From: Promethearchaeota archaeon
GTDB taxonomy: Archaea; Asgardarchaeota; Lokiarchaeia; Sigyniarchaeales; SOKP01
NCBI GenBank assembly: GCA_019057795.1
Contig: JAHLWS010000014.1
Location: forward strand, 1-51,058
Direction: 5' to 3'
DNA length: 51,058 nt
Shown one piece after another: positions 49,123 to 51,058 of the stretch; the first letter of the stretch is position 1, and the number at the start of each line of letters is the position of its first letter. The notes beneath the pieces are model-generated. The model had not been told where the DNA came from. It saw only the letters and a list, made by a program, of their open reading frames with translations, and ran no database searches. A program made the translations under genes and the position numbers.

Positions 49123-50679
49123 TTATAACAAGTATTCTTCTTTTTTAGCATAACTTACTTTAAAGAGATCAAGCCATTTATTGAACTTCTCTAATCGTTT
49201 TTGAAAAGATTCAAAATTCTTCTTGTTTTTAGGCGACCAAGCCGTTTCTGCAACAGCGATTAACCTTGGAAATGTTTGCCATTCTAGGTTTTTCTTATTT
49301 TTTACAAATTCCGTCCATAAACAAGCCTCAATTCCTAAAATGCGTTTATGAAATTTTGATTCTAATTCGTTCGGAATTGGTTCGTAATTATAAGTTCTTT
49401 CTAAGGGGATATGGTTATAAGGGTAATTTAGATAAACCGCTGAAAATTCAGACATCACTATTTTCCTTCCCAATCTTGCGTGCTCTAAAACTTGCTTTAA
49501 ATTCATCGTCCAATAATGACATATCGCATTTTCGATAAGTTTGTCGTTTAGAATTTCGTTCCATCCTATTACCTGTCTTCCTTTAGACCCTAAATAAACT
49601 GCAATTCGATTCGTAAAATATACTTGTAAATTTTCTACGCTTCCAAGGCTCTCGTCTTTAATACGAGCTTGGCAATCAAGACAGCGTTTCCACCTCCTTT
49701 TAGGAGTTTCATCGCCACCAATATGAATTATGTTAGAAGGGAAAATTTCAATAATTTCGTTTAAAACATTTTGGGTAAATTCAAAAACTTTTTCTTTTCC
49801 TATACAAAGCACATCTTTATGAATCCCAAACCGAGTACTAACTTTAAAGGGCCCGCCAGTACAACTCAACTCTGGATAAGCCGCGAGAGCTGCCGTTGTG
49901 TGCCCGGGAAAATTTGATTCTGGAATAATTGTAATAAACCGCTCAGTAGCGTATTGAATCAGCTCACGAAGATCTTGTTGTGTGTAATAGCCCGACACGG
50001 GAATTCCATCTAGAGGAACTTTATTTTTTTTATTACTTCTATAAGATCGTTGAGAGGTTGTTCCCTCCCGTTTTGAGCCGATTTCTGTAAGTAGCGGATA
50101 TTTCTTTATTTCTATTCGCCAACCTTGATCATTTGTGAGACCCCAGTGAAATGTATTTAATTTTAAGAGAGCCATTAAATCTAAGATTTTCTTAACAACT
50201 TCTTTTCCAAAAAAGTGGCGCGATTCGTCTAACATGAAACCTCGCCATTTAAAACGAGGATAATCCTCTATTACAACACACGGAATAGAAATTTCTAAAT
50301 CTATGTTTTTACTCCCAATTTTATCGGTTGGAATTAACTGTTGCATCGTCTGAATGCCGTAAAAAACTCCACTTGGCGTAGAAGCCGAGATTTCAATGTG
50401 ATTTGGTGAAACTATTAAAGTGTATCCTTTGTGGTTTAGCTGTTTTTCGTTATTAATTGTTTTAAGAATAATTATATTATTACTTTCCTTAGTTTGCAAA
50501 TCTTCCTTTATAACAATATTTAATCCGAGCGTTATTAATAAAATCTGCTTCAATTGCTCGGCAATTGCTTTTAATTTTAGATCTGTCAAAATTAGAGTTT
50601 GTTCGTTTAGAGTAAACGCTCCCTCTTTTGACGAGATATTAACAGGTTCCGGGATTATGTCAAGCTCTTTTAGAGTCAT
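49123..50679 (-). CDS. GH20 beta-N-acetylhexosaminidase
   Basis: DYPRFKWRGFMLDESRHF, DQGWRIEI, HIGGDE and GIEACLWTE motifs. Confidence 0.92.
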   Translation of the reverse strand: MTLKELDIIPEPVNISSKEGAFTLNEQTLILTDLKLKAIAEQLKQILLITLGLNIVIKEDLQTKESNNIIILKTINNEKQLNHKGYTLIVSPNHIEISASTPSGVFYGIQTMQQLIPTDKIGSKNIDLEISIPCVVIEDYPRFKWRGFMLDESRHFFGKEVVKKILDLMALLKLNTFHWGLTNDQGWRIEIKKYPLLTEIGSKREGTTSQRSYRSNKKNKVPLDGIPVSGYYTQQDLRELIQYATERFITIIPESNFPGHTTAALAAYPELSCTGGPFKVSTRFGIHKDVLCIGKEKVFEFTQNVLNEIIEIFPSNIIHIGGDETPKRRWKRCLDCQARIKDESLGSVENLQVYFTNRIAVYLGSKGRQVIGWNEILNDKLIENAICHYWTMNLKQVLEHARLGRKIVMSEFSAVYLNYPYNHIPLERTYNYEPIPNELESKFHKRILGIEACLWTEFVKNKKNLEWQTFPRLIAVAETAWSPKNKKNFESFQKRLEKFNKWLDLFKVSYAKKEEYLL

Positions 50680-50842
50680 TTTACAAGGCTTCCTTCAAAT
50701 TTTTTAAAATAGGATATAGAATTAATAAAAAGATTAGGTTAAAGAATTTTAAATTCCATTAAAATTTAAAGATTATTTTGATTACATCGATTAATTAGAA
50801 AATAATAAATCTTAAAATTCAATCTTAATATTTTTTTTTAAT

Positions 50843-50983
50843 ATGAAAGATAAGGATAAGGGACACCCTTCGGGTGAAGATATTGATCTTAATATTTTAG
50901 GAATTCTTAGCGAAAATAGTCGGGAAAATTTTAATCAAATCTTAAGTTTACAAGTTAACAACTTTTTTTATATTTTTTTGTAA
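50843..50983 (+). pseudogene. Truncated Lrp/AsnC-type HTH regulator
   Basis: EDIDLNILGILSENSRENFNQI resembles the Lrp N-terminal helices. Similarity ends near 50941 and the frame stops after 46 codons. Confidence 0.55.
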
Positions 50984-51058
50984 TATCTCTTATTTTTCTT
51001 TCCGACATTATTTCTTCAGTATTTTAAGTTATTAGAATTGTTCAAAACTGCGTTTAAC

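Noticed and set aside
571-50707. ORF-track frames antisense to or nested in long genes (e.g. 571-1065, 3463-3765, 19434-19766, 39550-39747, 43711-44064, 50420-50707)
   Set aside because: These are shadow ORFs of well-supported genes with no recognisable motifs.
1-51058. CRISPR array, tRNA or rRNA genes
   Set aside because: No regularly spaced repeats or GC-rich structured RNA segments were seen by eye. A covariance-model scan would be needed to exclude small RNAs.

Overview
AT-rich archaeal chromosomal segment, most consistent with Asgard archaea (Lokiarchaeia-like). This is inferred from a Rab-like GTPase, HEAT and HEAT+LRR proteins, TrmB/AbrB-PhoU/Lrp regulators, GGTGA-type Shine-Dalgarno (SD) motifs, frequent TTG starts and oligo-T terminators. 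Left to right the window holds: the 3' end of an IS4/ISH3-like transposase; a partly decaying carbohydrate-type catabolic region (GPH-type MFS transporters, two URO-D-family proteins, GH172/DUF2961, fucose/arabinose-isomerase-like protein, sulfatase, amidohydrolase, VapBC, a triple-nonsense MFS pseudogene and a DUF3604-like C-terminal scar); a HEAT / Rab / TrmB-like / membrane protein / HEAT-LRR cluster; a TPP enzyme, Zn-dehydrogenase, acyl-CoA ligase and acyl-CoA dehydrogenase block; DUF1846, pyrG and carAB; a rearranged slot after carB; PAP2, PhoU-like, SDR, GNAT, glnA, Fe-S proteins, an ABC-2 exporter and a GH20 hexosaminidase. The strongest signals are three. (1) Five reading frames appear to start at near-cognate codons (ATA, ATT twice, CTG, ACG), four of them behind SD-like motifs, and in three cases conserved N-terminal motifs require the extension. 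(2) The carB 3' end is duplicated with only synonymous changes and fused to the 3' end of a neighbouring gene, as if two alleles of a variable slot were captured in tandem. (3) There are two unannotated CxxC micro-proteins. No rRNA, tRNA or CRISPR array was seen. All family calls come from motif recognition; no database search was run.
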